Part shown: piece by piece, positions 27,701 to 38,179 of the stretch
Position numbering within the stretch: position 1 is the first letter of the stretch
How the letters are laid out: each line of letters starts with the position of its first letter
Source of the DNA: Takakia lepidozioides
Lineage: Eukaryota; Plantae; Bryophyta
NCBI GenBank assembly: GCA_030704615.1
Contig: CM060733.1
Coordinates: 13,702,001 to 13,766,000, forward strand
Length of the DNA: 64,000 nucleotides
Direction of reading: 5' to 3'
Position numbers and translations under genes: made by a program
The notes under the pieces: generated by a model
The model's input: the letters and a program-made list of their open reading frames with translations, nothing else
Told to the model about the DNA's origin: nothing
The model's database searches: none

Positions 27701-28308
27701 TCCAGCCCGGCCAGCTCCGACCGGTGTCCCTCCAGGTGAAGCCCTCGCAGAATTTCTAGAATAGATCGAACTGCGGTGCTCGTGCTGGGAATATGACTCC
27801 CTCCTCCACTGACGTCCATTGAGGACTTGCCTGATCTCCAGGACGACCTCGGAACTTCCATGACCTCGTCTGAGTCGGACAGGTTGTGAACAACCCGGTT
27901 CTCGGTCGTCTTCATGGATGGGTTCGGCTCTGGATTTACTTCGTTGCGGACTTCTCTCTTTGAGGTACCCACTCTCTGATTCGCGGATTGTTTCGTGGAA
28001 GGCGCCAGGATAGACGGTGCATTTGGCGGGCAAATGAAGTCCCCAACAGCCCTGTATATGACGCTGTCCGATGGTGGAACTCGCCATTCCCTGCCATCGC
28101 CGAAATCATCGTGGAGCACAACAATACTCTCGACAACAAGGCCGTTTGAGTCCTTCCTTTCCTCCTCCAAAAAAACCGACCCCGGTTTCAGGTGGTATCG
28201 AACGCACAGATATTTCTCCATCACCCGGCAGGTGTCCCCTCTGCACGGAAATGAAGCTCTATGCTCGTGAGGAGGGCAGTACACTGTAGCGCTCGGGTTT
28301 TCCGCCAT
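24718..28308 (-). CDS. MULE transposase, ~1,170 aa (GCM/WRKY-like Zn domain, DDE core, SWIM); one intron 26136-26221; two 1-bp frameshifts (~27281, ~24826)
   Basis: HDGHPWCVTKT...CAGALRCFSPTC...CAHC...C and, after the frameshift, IHVGSHCH. The core has VMFDHIK, FMADNAQANW, CGFHF and TTNMAESVH. The SWIM motif CNCTDF...CKHLYYIF continues as LKRL...FIHAPALS after the second frameshift. The GT-AG intron is in phase 0. Confidence 0.88.
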
Positions 28309-28589
28309 GGGAGATGTGCACACAAGACTGCCAGGATGGCGTGCGGGGAAGCTCCCTGGTAGAAGGGGGTGCAGCGATGGGAATGAATGCGATGCCGATT
28401 TGTCCGAGCGACGAAGCCTGATCCAAATCCAGGGAGCCAACTATCTCAAAAATCCACAGTCAGAGTGTTAATGAACCTTGTCTCCGGAATGCGGCCCCTC
28501 GTCTTTGCGCAATAACTGCCAACGGTATGCAGTCAGAAAGTGGGGGGCCGTCCGGATGATGACGGCTGAAGGGGATAAGCCGGCACCGT

Positions 28590-29230
28590 GCCGTCACATT
28601 ACTACCCCCGAATGGAAATTCGGCACCCAACATCCAACAGAGGAAGCCCGGATGAAGTCGCCTCGGGCGCAGAGGCCGGAGTGTGTGCGACAGATAACAT
28701 CTTCTGGATGGAGATTCGGCGCCGAATTTCCATCCGGTCCCCCAAAGGGAGTCGTGTCGGGGGGTCAGGCCGAAAACTGGACGGCATAAAAACATCCCCA
28801 GATGGAAAAACGGCGCCGAATTTCCATCCGGGGCGATTCGGATGCAGTCGGGGAGGGGGGAGTGGCCTGCAGTTGGCTGTCACATTTCAACCCCCGGACG
28901 GAAATTCGGCAACGAATATCGAACAGGGGACGCCCGGATGAAGTCGCCTGGGGCACAGAGGCCGGCCAGTGTGCGACAGAGAACATCCCCTGGACGGCCA
29001 TTCGGCGCCGAATTTCCATCCGGGCCCCCCCAAAGGAAGTGTTGTCGGCGTGTCAGAGCGAAAACTGGCCGACATAAAAACCTCCACAGATGAGAAAACG
29101 GCGCCGAATTTCAATTCGGGGCCGTTCCAATGAAGTCGGGGAGGGGGAGAGGTCGGAACCTGGCAGTCATATTTCAACCCCCGGGACGGAAATTCGGCAC
29201 CGAATATCCAACAGAGCGGCGGAGAGGCGG
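28590..29230. repeat. Diverged ~290-300-bp tandem duplication with palindrome copies
   Basis: GCCCGGATGAAGTCGCCT...AGAGGCCGG...GTGTGCGACAGA occurs at ~28646 and ~28932, and AAAACGGCGCCGAATTTC at ~28807 and ~29095. Confidence 0.7.
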
Positions 29231-29257
29231 CACCTCTCCGACAGAGACCATCCCCCG

Positions 29258-29920
29258 GATGGAGATTCGGCGCCGAATTTCCATCCAGCAGGTAAGTGGA
29301 ATCTCGGATGGATGGAGATTCGGCGCCGAATTTCCATCCAGCAGGTAAGTCGGATCGGTGCCATATGGATATTCGGCGCCGAATTTCCACCCTGCAGGTA
29401 ATTCGAATCGTGGATGAATGGAAATTCGGCGTCGAATTTCCATCCAGCAGGTAAGTCGGATCGGTGCCATATGGATATTCGGCGCCGAATTTCCATCCTG
29501 CAGGTAATTCGAATCGTGGATGAATGGAAATTCGGCGCCGAATTTCCATCCAGCAGGTAAGTCGGATCGGTGCCATATGGATATTCGGCGCCGAATTTCC
29601 ATCCTGCAGGTAATTCGAATCGTGGATGAATGGAAATTCGGCGCCGAATTTCCATCCAGCAGGTAAGTCGGATCGGTGCCATATGGATATTCGGCGCCGA
29701 ATTTCCATCCTGCAGGTAATTCGAATCGTGGATGAATGGAAATTCGGCGCCGAATTTCCATCCAGCAGGTAAGTCGGATCGGTGCCATATGGATATTCGG
29801 CGCCGAATTTCCATCCTGCAGGTAATTCGAATCGTGGATGAATGGAAATTCGGCGCCGAATTTCCATCCAGCAGGTAAGTCGGATCAGTGCCGTATGGAT
29901 ATTCGGCGCCGGATTTCCAC
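29258..29920. repeat. Tandem array, 106-bp unit x~6, two palindromes per unit
   Basis: CGGATCGGTGCC recurs at 29351, 29457, 29563, 29669, 29775 and (one variant base) 29881. Confidence 0.92.
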
Positions 29921-30302
29921 TCGCCATTTATTTCTGAGCGAGGAATTACCTTCGTGCAGGTAATTCCCATATAAGAATTACCTTCGTGCAGGTAATTCGC
30001 ATACAAGACTTACCTTTGTGCAGGTAATTTCCAGATGACAATTACCTTCCTGCAGGTAATTCCAATCGATGTTTATTCCTCGTCCAGAATTACCTGCACA
30101 AAGGTAATGCTCATCTGGAAATTACCTGCATGAAGGTAATTCTTGTATGTGAATTACCTGCACGAAGGTAATTCTTATATGGGAATTACCTGCACGAAGG
30201 TAATTCCTCGCTCAGAAATAAATGGCGAATCGAAATTCGGCGCCGAATATCCATATGGCACCGATCCGACTTACCTGCAGGATGGAAATTCGGCGCCGAA
30301 TT
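29847..30302. repeat. Large inverted repeat: arms 29847-30062 and 30087-30302, 24-nt loop
   Basis: GCCATTTATTTCTGAGCGAGGAATTACCTTCGTGCAGGTAATTCCCATATAAG... is mirrored by ...CTTATATGGGAATTACCTGCACGAAGGTAATTCCTCGCTCAGAAATAAATGGC. Confidence 0.9.
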
Positions 30303-31340
30303 ACCTGCTTGAAGGAAATTTGGCGAACCGCCCTACCTGCGCGGATGGAAATTCGGCGCCGGATTTCCATCCGCGCGCATCCGAATTACCTGCTTGAAGG
30401 AAATTTGGCGCACCGCCCTACCTGCGCGGATGGAAATTCGGCGCCGGATTTCCATCCGGGCGCATCCGAATTACCTGCGCGGATGGAAATTCGGCGCCGG
30501 ATTTCCATCCGCGCGCATCCGAATTACCTGGTTGAAGGAAATTTGGCGCACCGCCCTACCTGCGCGGATGGAAATTCGGCGCCGGATTTCCATCCGGGCG
30601 CATCCGAATTACCTGCGCGGATGGAAATTCGGAGCCGGATTTCCATCCGCGCGCATCCGAATTACCTGCTTGAAGGAAATTTGGCGCACCGCCCTACCTG
30701 CGCGGATGGAAATTCGGCGCCGGATTTCCATCCGGGCGCATCCGAATTACCTGCGCGGATGGAAATTCGGCGCCGGATTTCCATCCGCGCGCATCCGAAT
30801 TACCTGCTTGAAGGAAATTTGGCGCAGCGCCCTACCTGCGCGGATGGAAATTCGGCGCCGGATTTCCATCCGGGCGCATCCGAATTACCTGCGCGGATGG
30901 AAATTCGGCGCCGGATTTCCATCCGCGCGCATCCGAATTACCTGCTTGAAGGAAATTTGGCGCACCGCCATCCTACGCGGATGGAAATTCGGCGCCGGAT
31001 TTCCATCCGCGCGCATCCGAATTACCTGCTTGAAGGAAATTTGGCGCACCGCCCTACCTGCGCGGATGGAAATTCGGCGCCGGATTTCCATCCGGGCGCA
31101 TCCGAATTACCTGCGCGGATGGAAATTCGGCGCCGGATTTCCATCCGCGCGCATCCGAATTACCTGCTTGAAGGAAATTTGGCGCACCGCCATCCTACGC
31201 GGATGGAAATTCGGCGCCGGATTTCCATCCGCGCGCATCCGAATTACCTGCTTGAAGGAAATTTGGCGAACCGCCCTACCTGCGCGGATGGAAATTCGGC
31301 GCCGGATTTCCATCCGCGCGCTTCCGAATTACCTGCGTGA
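30280..31340. repeat. Tandem array, ~138-bp higher-order unit (85+53 bp subunits)
   Basis: TTGAAGGAAATTTGGCG recurs at ~138-bp spacing (30394, 30532, 30670, 30808, ~30946). Each subunit has GGATGGAAATTCGGCGCCGGATTTCCATCC. Confidence 0.92.
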
Positions 31341-31563
31341 GGGAAATTCCGGGACTGTTTTCGTCTATTTTCTTCCGACATGGAGGGCTTCATCCGACAT
31401 TTAATTGCGCAGTTGGGCAATAAATGTCGACGGCCGTCGCTTATTATTCGGGCTGGCGACGCATGGCTTCCTGGACACGTACCCTAAATCTCATGCTATA
31501 CTTGGCTTAACATGGTATTCCAGGCATGTACCCCAAAAAAGGAGATCTTTTTGGCTGTGACTT

Positions 31564-34500
31564 ATGCCGCCTGAAGGGCGTGGCTCTCCTGAGAGAGACC
31601 TCAGATCCAGACCGCGGCGGAAGTTGAAAGCTCTGTACTACGGACGACGGCCAATCTCTCGCATGGCCAAACTGAAGCTCCAGCAGGAGATTCCAGTGTC
31701 TTGCTCACAACCTGCGCCAACTGAAGCCGAGTACTCTCAGGCAAGCCACTTCTGCTTTCGGTTTGTTCGATTTCTTTTTTGCTTTCGCTTCGTTACCTCG
31801 CTTTGTTTCTGCATCTTCATCCTGGCTTTGCTTTATGAGTGAACTTTAGATAGTTGACTGAACCTTAGATTGTTTGCAATGCGTGTGCAAATCCGGCAGC
31901 TCTGGAGAAGGCTGCTTGTGCATGTCATTCTTAGGCAATGGTTGCATTTGTTTTCATTGTTGTTGCATGGCTCTCCATACTTCCTAAACTTGTTATGTTT
32001 TCATTTTTGCTACATGATTGCTGCTATGGTGGTTGCGCTGCTGCTTTTTGCACCACTGTTGGTGTTCACGATTTTTGTCAATCACAGAGTGACGACGAGC
32101 CCGGCACGCTGGTGGTATCATCGACAGCTCCAACTCATCGCATGTTTGAATCGCCCAACTTGGGGCGAGAGGGCAAACTTAAATCTTTTGTTGGTGGACG
32201 GGAGGACTTGCAACGAGATTACGATAGAGTAGGCATTGGGGAGGTTGGTGCAGGCGGCATGGCAGGTGAAGGGCGTGAGGACATGAGGACAGCAGATCCG
32301 GCAATGGAGGTTGTTCATGCACATGCAGTAGGGCCCGCCCACGCAAAGAAAAAGAAGAAAGCTAAGCACATGCAATCCCCGGCGAGAGAGCAGTCACGGG
32401 CTGCGGAGGGGGGAGTGAGCAGTGCGCGCGAGGGTGTCAGTTCGCCTCAATCAAAGGTGGTCGTCCTGGAGGGCTCCCCTGTTGCTAGCCCTAGTAAGAA
32501 ACAGAAAGCCCGTGAGAGGGCAAAAGAGAGGGCAAAAGAACAGACGAGACAGAATGCTAGCAAGGAGGAAAGACAAAAGGCAGCTGAAGAGGCCCGGGGT
32601 GCCCAAATGACAGATGCCAATGTAAGCGAGGGACACACAGAGACGGTGGATCCCTACAAGACACCACAGAGAGGCAGTAGCACACCGGTTAGACCATCGC
32701 GGGCAAGTGCAGCCCCCGCAATTACCCATACGGTGGAGAGTGGAGGAGAGGAAAGAACACCTGAAAGAGCACCGATTGTGCAAGTTCGAGGTGAAGCCAG
32801 GGAGAGGGCAGTAGAGACGACGAGAGTGCTGGAGGTGGTTTCGCAGGTGGCTGACCCTGTTGAGGAGGACGACATGGATGTTTCTGACCAGGATGACATT
32901 CTCCCGGACATCCCCAGGCCCCAAACCCGGAGCATACAGGCTGGATTTGGCGGTCTTGGTGGGCTGCCGGAAAACCCCTCTGCAGCAGACGTCATGTCTG
33001 AGGCGGATATGAAGTTGGCCGCTGCCAAGATGTTGGAGGCAACCCACAGCAACATTGGCAGGGTGCTGGGGGGCATGGTGTACCCGGCCAAGCTTCGAAT
33101 TCCCCTTTGCCGCTTGGTGTCATTGCAGGTGGTGAGACCTGCCCTCCCAGGCGATATCGACAAGCTGAAATTCTCTTTCCGGGATGGATATCGAATGGGG
33201 TCTGCCGCCTTTTACGTTTCCATTGAGAACGACCACGGAGCTTCCCGTGCCCACACTTCCGATGAGGTGGACAAATGGGGTCCCCATTGGCAAACGCGAA
33301 ATGAGGAGTTCGAGAGATCGATTGCTAGTGATCCTCTTTTCCAGCACATGTCCGGTAAGATGTTCTACGTGTGGGACGGCAATCATCGCCTCCTGGCATG
33401 GATGGAGCACATTGCCCAAGCCCACCCCAACGATCTCGATTGGCATTTCGCCGTCGATTGTGTTGTGCTGAAGGTTGCGGGGCCCAAAGATCGCAGTCTT
33501 CTCAAAGCTGCAATGGCCGACATCAACTCGTAAGCTACAACCCCTCTCGCTTTTGGACTTTGAATTTGGAAGTCATTTCATTGCGAATCCTCATATATGA
33601 TGAAAATTCCCATTTCAGTATTGTTTGATGGAAATGTGGCACTGCAGGGTGACTGAGAATGCCTTCATTGCCACCAACTTGTCCCATATGCTCTTCCGAG
33701 TGAAGGATGTCGGGAGGCAGGGGGTGGAAGAGTTTGCCAATTCCCTCAGTGCCGACCTCCTGCGCAAGTCGGAGGCAAAGGCAGACAGAACCTGGTATAG
33801 GCTGAGCGTCGACGCCATGGTGGACTACATATTTCGGGTAAAGCTCCTGCAGTTTTGTTGAGCTAATTTGTCTCTCCTCCCCCAATAGAAGAAATTGTGT
33901 TGAGCAGGATCTCTAATCTTATGTGCTGCTTTTCGACAGACGAAAATACAGCAGGATTTGGCACATGCGCGGAGGTTCTACATGGAGTCAGAGGAGAAGA
34001 ATCCAACCCTCCCGGAACTCGAATCGTATGTCAAAGCTGCGGAGGTGAGGGCCCGCATAAAGTACAAGTCGCGGATGGTAAAGTACGTGGCCATAGCTGA
34101 TCCCGCCCTTGGTGCCGACTTTCTGGTGGAGGTGGGAAAGCACTACTCTCGCGCTCTGAAGCCCACGATGACATTGGAGAAGCTCCATCGTCTAGCCACA
34201 TCCTGTGTGGATGCAACAGAAAAGGTGATACATTCTTAACCAAATTGTGGTGGCAACAACTCCTTTTTGTGGTGTTTGGCGCTTACGAATATGCTGGGTG
34301 GTTGGACAGACCCGGTGGCTCCAAATCTGGAATGGTTCCCAAAGTACCAGGGACATGTGGAGCTTCCCCAAACCGGACAAACTCTCTGACCCCACATTCG
34401 ACATGTGGATGAACCGCATGACATGGTGGTTTCAGGTACTTCCCCACGCTTCGTTTGGGGCTTGTACTCTAGTAGGGGGTTGATTCATTGTATTTTTTGA

Positions 34501-37500
34501 GGAAAGCGATCTGATGGACAATCTCCACAGGTGACGACGAATGCGCAAGAGCAGCTGGACACACAAGCACATCAGTTCAAGATGGAGATATCTCCTGCAG
34601 CAGAGAGCCTGCGTGACTATGTGACGAGGTACTTTCTGCTCTACAAAACCAACCTATTCTTTCGGGAGATAGCAGATGCTCGCCGGAGCCACGAGTTCAC
34701 CGACCAGCCGAACGCGGACAAAGCAGCAATGCGCCTTCTGTACAGGTACATACGCGCTGCCTTTCTTTCAAGTCCTGGCATTTCAGGATGTTAGAGGCCT
34801 AAGTGGTGTTAGGGAAAATGGCGCCGAATTTCCAGTCAGGGCTCCGAAAATGGCAAAGTCCCTAGACTGGCTGGCCCGGAACTGGAAATTCGGCGCCATT
34901 TTCCAGTTCCAGGCCCTATTGCCGTTCAGGGACTTAGCCATTTTCGGGCTAAGTCCCTAGTGTGGCTGGCCCGGAACTGGAAATTCGGCGCCGTTTTCCA
35001 GTTCTAGGCCCTATTGCCGTCCAGGGACTTAGCCATTTTCGGGCTAAGTCCCTAGACTGGCTGGCCATGAAGTGGAAATTCGGCGCCATATTCCAGTTCC
35101 AGGCCCTATTGCCGTCCAGGGACTTAGCCATTTTCGGTCTAAGTCCCTAGGGTGGCTGGCCCGGAACTGGAAATTCGGCGCCGTATTCCAGTTCTAGGCC
35201 CTATTGCCGTCCAGGGACTTAGCCATTTTCCGGCTAAGTCCCTAGACTGGCTGGCCCTGAAGTGGAAATTCGGCGCCATATTCCAGTTCCAGGCCCTATT
35301 GCCGTCCAGGGACTTAGCCATTTTAGGTCTAAGTCCCTAGGGTGGCTGGCCCGGAACTGGAAATTCGGCGCCGTATTCCAGTTCTAGGCCCTATTGCCGT
35401 CCAGGGACTTAGCCATTTTCGGGCCAAGTCCCTAGACTGGCTGGCCCTGAAGTGGAAATTCGGCGCCATATTCCAGTTCCAGGCCCTATTGCCGTCCAGG
35501 GACTTAGCCATTTTCGGTCTAAGTCCCTAGGGTGGCTGGCCCGGAACTGGAAATTCGGCGCCGTATTCCAGTTCTAGGCCCTATTGCCGTCCAGGGACTT
35601 AGCCATTTTTTGTGTAAGTCCCTAGGGTGGCTGGCCCGGAAGTGGAAATTCGGCGCCGTTTTCCAGTTCCAGGCCGTATTGCCGTCCAGGGACTTAGCCA
35701 TTTTCGGGCTAAGTCCCTACACTGGGTGGCCCTGAAGTGGAAATTCGGCGCCATATTCCAGTTGTAGGCCCTATTGCCGTTCAGGGAGTTAGCCATTTTC
35801 GGACCTCATTGGGTTTTTCATGAATGCAGGTACTGTAAGTTCTCGCTTTTGGAGAAAGGTCATCTGTCTTTCGAGCCACCATTCTTCCTGGCATGGAGGA
35901 ACCCTGGGGCTGACTCCATGTACACTGACGATATTGTGAAGGAGTGGCATCTGGAACATTTGCGTGATTGCCCTTGGTATGTGGACCTTCCGCCCGGCTC
36001 GCTCGACCCATCCGAGTTTCAATTGAAGCTGGATGCTGAATTCCGACGAAACCGGGCTCCGCTGCCTCCGTTGGGTGCAAAAGAGGCAAAAGCGCTTGCG
36101 AACTCCAGGAAAGCGGCAGAGCTTGCTCAGGCAGGAATTCAAGAGAAATTGCATGAGAAGAGTAAAGGTCAAAGGAAAAGGACAAGGAAACAGGTGACTG
36201 CAGTAACACCCAAAAAGAAGAAAACCATCGGGGCATCGGAGGAGGCGCAGGAGGGGACCCAAGAGAGTGACTCCGACGCCGATTTTGTTCAAGGTCCTGC
36301 GACTGCTGTTGCTCCTACCCAGTCACCGGTCGTCCGGGTTCCCAAGTCAGTTCGGAGTGGGACTGGCTCTGCCAAGAAGTTGGCATTTGAGGGCGAGCCT
36401 ACACGGCGGTATTCGGCGGTGACGTTTACGCACAGGCCAAAGCTAGAACCTCCAACCATCATCCAATGCGTCAATGAGAGCTTCCTTGACGCTCTCGCTG
36501 CCAGGGCGAAGAAGGTGGCACACAACAAGTCTCTGGCGGAGCAGAAGGGAAAAGCCAAGAAGAGGGCTGCCGGTACAGAGCCTAAAGACACCCCTGGTTT
36601 TGAAGCCATGATGGAATTCTTCACGGCTGTGAGCACGAATTGCAAGAGCACTCGGGGGGGGGTTGAGGTGGAGAGAGCTTGCGACATGATTCTCCTCGAC
36701 ATTCCAGATGGGGAGCTGCTGGAGGGCCTGGATGGTGTGCCCACCTGGAACAGGTTTACTGAGGACTACTGGAAAGCGGGTTTGGGCTGGCGGGGATGCT
36801 TCTGGATGACGGTGGATGTGTGGTTGTCCTTGCCACGAGAGGGAAGACCACAGAGAATGCGGTGGCAAGGTGGACACCGAAAAGTGTCACCCCGGTCCTC
36901 CTCAGAAAATGGTTCTGCATCAGTACGCAGGGGTTGCGAACAGAGGGCCAAAGTGTAAGTTATCAATCTATTGCATTCACTTCATATTGTGGTGTATGTT
37001 AAGTAGACCCTGGAATTGATCCCTTCTTTGTTGGATGTGCAGACATTGGTGTTTGAGGCATATTGCTTTGTGAAGAGAGGGTCTACGTTCAAATTCCGCA
37101 ACGACGGTCGTCTTGTTGATGCCGCTGTGGACCCTGTAACCTACGATGTCCTCTACAACTATGTGCCCCACTCTAGTATGCCGAAGGACACAAAGACAGG
37201 CAAACCGTGGCGGTACAGCCGGACCCGAAGCCCTGCTTTCATCCAAACCCTCATGGAGACGTGCTCGGATGTCCAAGGGCGGATTCTGGACCTCACATGC
37301 GGCACGGGTAAGCCTTCACGTGCTCAGTTTGTCCCCTGGCCCCATTGCAATTGCATGCCGCAAGCTATTAACCGCCCGCTTTGTTCCTCAGGTGCTTCAA
37401 TGTGGGCAGGGACGTTGTCCGACAGGCATGTGTTCGCCTTCGAGCCAGATACTGCCCTCCACAACTCGGAACTTGCAGCGGCTGAACGTCTGCCGAAAGA

Positions 37501-38179
37501 GGAAGAGGCATCCTCGGAGGATGAGGAAAAATCCGAGAAGGAGCAGGGGGAGGAAGTTGGGATCGAGGCCGAGGAGCCCCCGGTTTACGAGTGAGTGGTG
37601 GCATTGTAAGTTGCCTCCAGATTTTGTGAGGCACCTCCCTCCGCTCTCTTATTTCATTGAAAACCCTTTCTGGTTGTGCTGGTATTGACATTCTTCAAGT
37701 GGATTTGTTCTTACTGTAGGATGCCAAGTACTGCCGGAGGGACGTCTACACCGGAGTTCATGGGCAGGAGGAACGTGCCTTTTTTTGCCAGGGGAGATTT
37801 CATGCCTAGTCCAGAAAGGGAGTACATCCTGCCTACTTATGCTGCCCGGCTTGCTTCGGTGTCCATTAGGAGGTGTTCCGAACGTAGTCGTGTACAGCAG
37901 ATTTTAGACGAGGCAAGCCTCAAGAAAATGAAGATGAGGGAGGAGGCAGCAGCTATTAGAGCCCGTCGGGCTCGTAGATTTGTGTTGGATTCTGCTGAGG
38001 AAAGTGGGGGAGAAGACGCAGAAGATTCCCAGGAGGTGAGGTGGACAGTCCCCCAAGGAGAGGACGGGATTTTTGAGAGGCATAGTGGAACTGATGCATC
38101 ACAGAGCTCGGAGGATGAGGGGGATGAGGGGGATGAGGAAGAAGGTGGGGCAAGTTCCTCGGAGGGTGTAGGAGAGTAG
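31564..38179 (+). CDS. MULE cargo gene: ParB/Srx-like domain fused to a beta-class DNA amino-methyltransferase-like domain, ~1,490 aa, 10 exons (31564-31740, 32088-33529, 33648-33837, 33940-34224, 34310-34435, 34531-34745, 35830-36954, 37043-37307, 37392-37590, 37720-38179); one 1-bp frameshift ~36780
   Basis: All splice phases are consistent (intron 1 is GC-AG, the rest GT-AG). The ParB-like region reads LRIPLCRL...VRPAL..DIDKLKFSF...FYVWDGNHRLLAW. The MTase region has motif-IV-like CDMILLDIPDG, then LLDDGGCVVV, then RSPAFIQTLMETCSDVQGRILDLTCGTGASMWAGTLSDRHVFAFE (motifs X-I-II), which is beta-class order. Confidence 0.8.
34810..35800. repeat. Intronic tandem array, 95-bp subunit (190-bp dimer) x~10
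   Basis: CTAAGTCCCTAG..TGGCTGGCCC.GAA.TGGAAATTCGGCGCC...TTCCAGTTC.AGGCCCTATTGCCGTCCAGGGACTTAGCCATTTT is repeated, and the ORF track recurs every 190 bp. The array lies inside intron 34746-35829. Confidence 0.92.

Noticed and set aside
29258-31340. CRISPR-like appearance (palindromic repeats separated by spacers)
   Set aside because: The spacers are themselves repeated, there are no cas genes and the context is eukaryotic. These are tandem repeats.
28460-31404. Long ORFs with MEIRRRISI / WKFGAEFP peptide repeats
   Set aside because: They are translations of the palindromic tandem arrays, occur on both strands and in several frames, and show no sign of coding.
34949-35796. Series of 60-67 aa ORFs at 190-bp spacing
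   Set aside because: They are by-products of the intronic tandem array.
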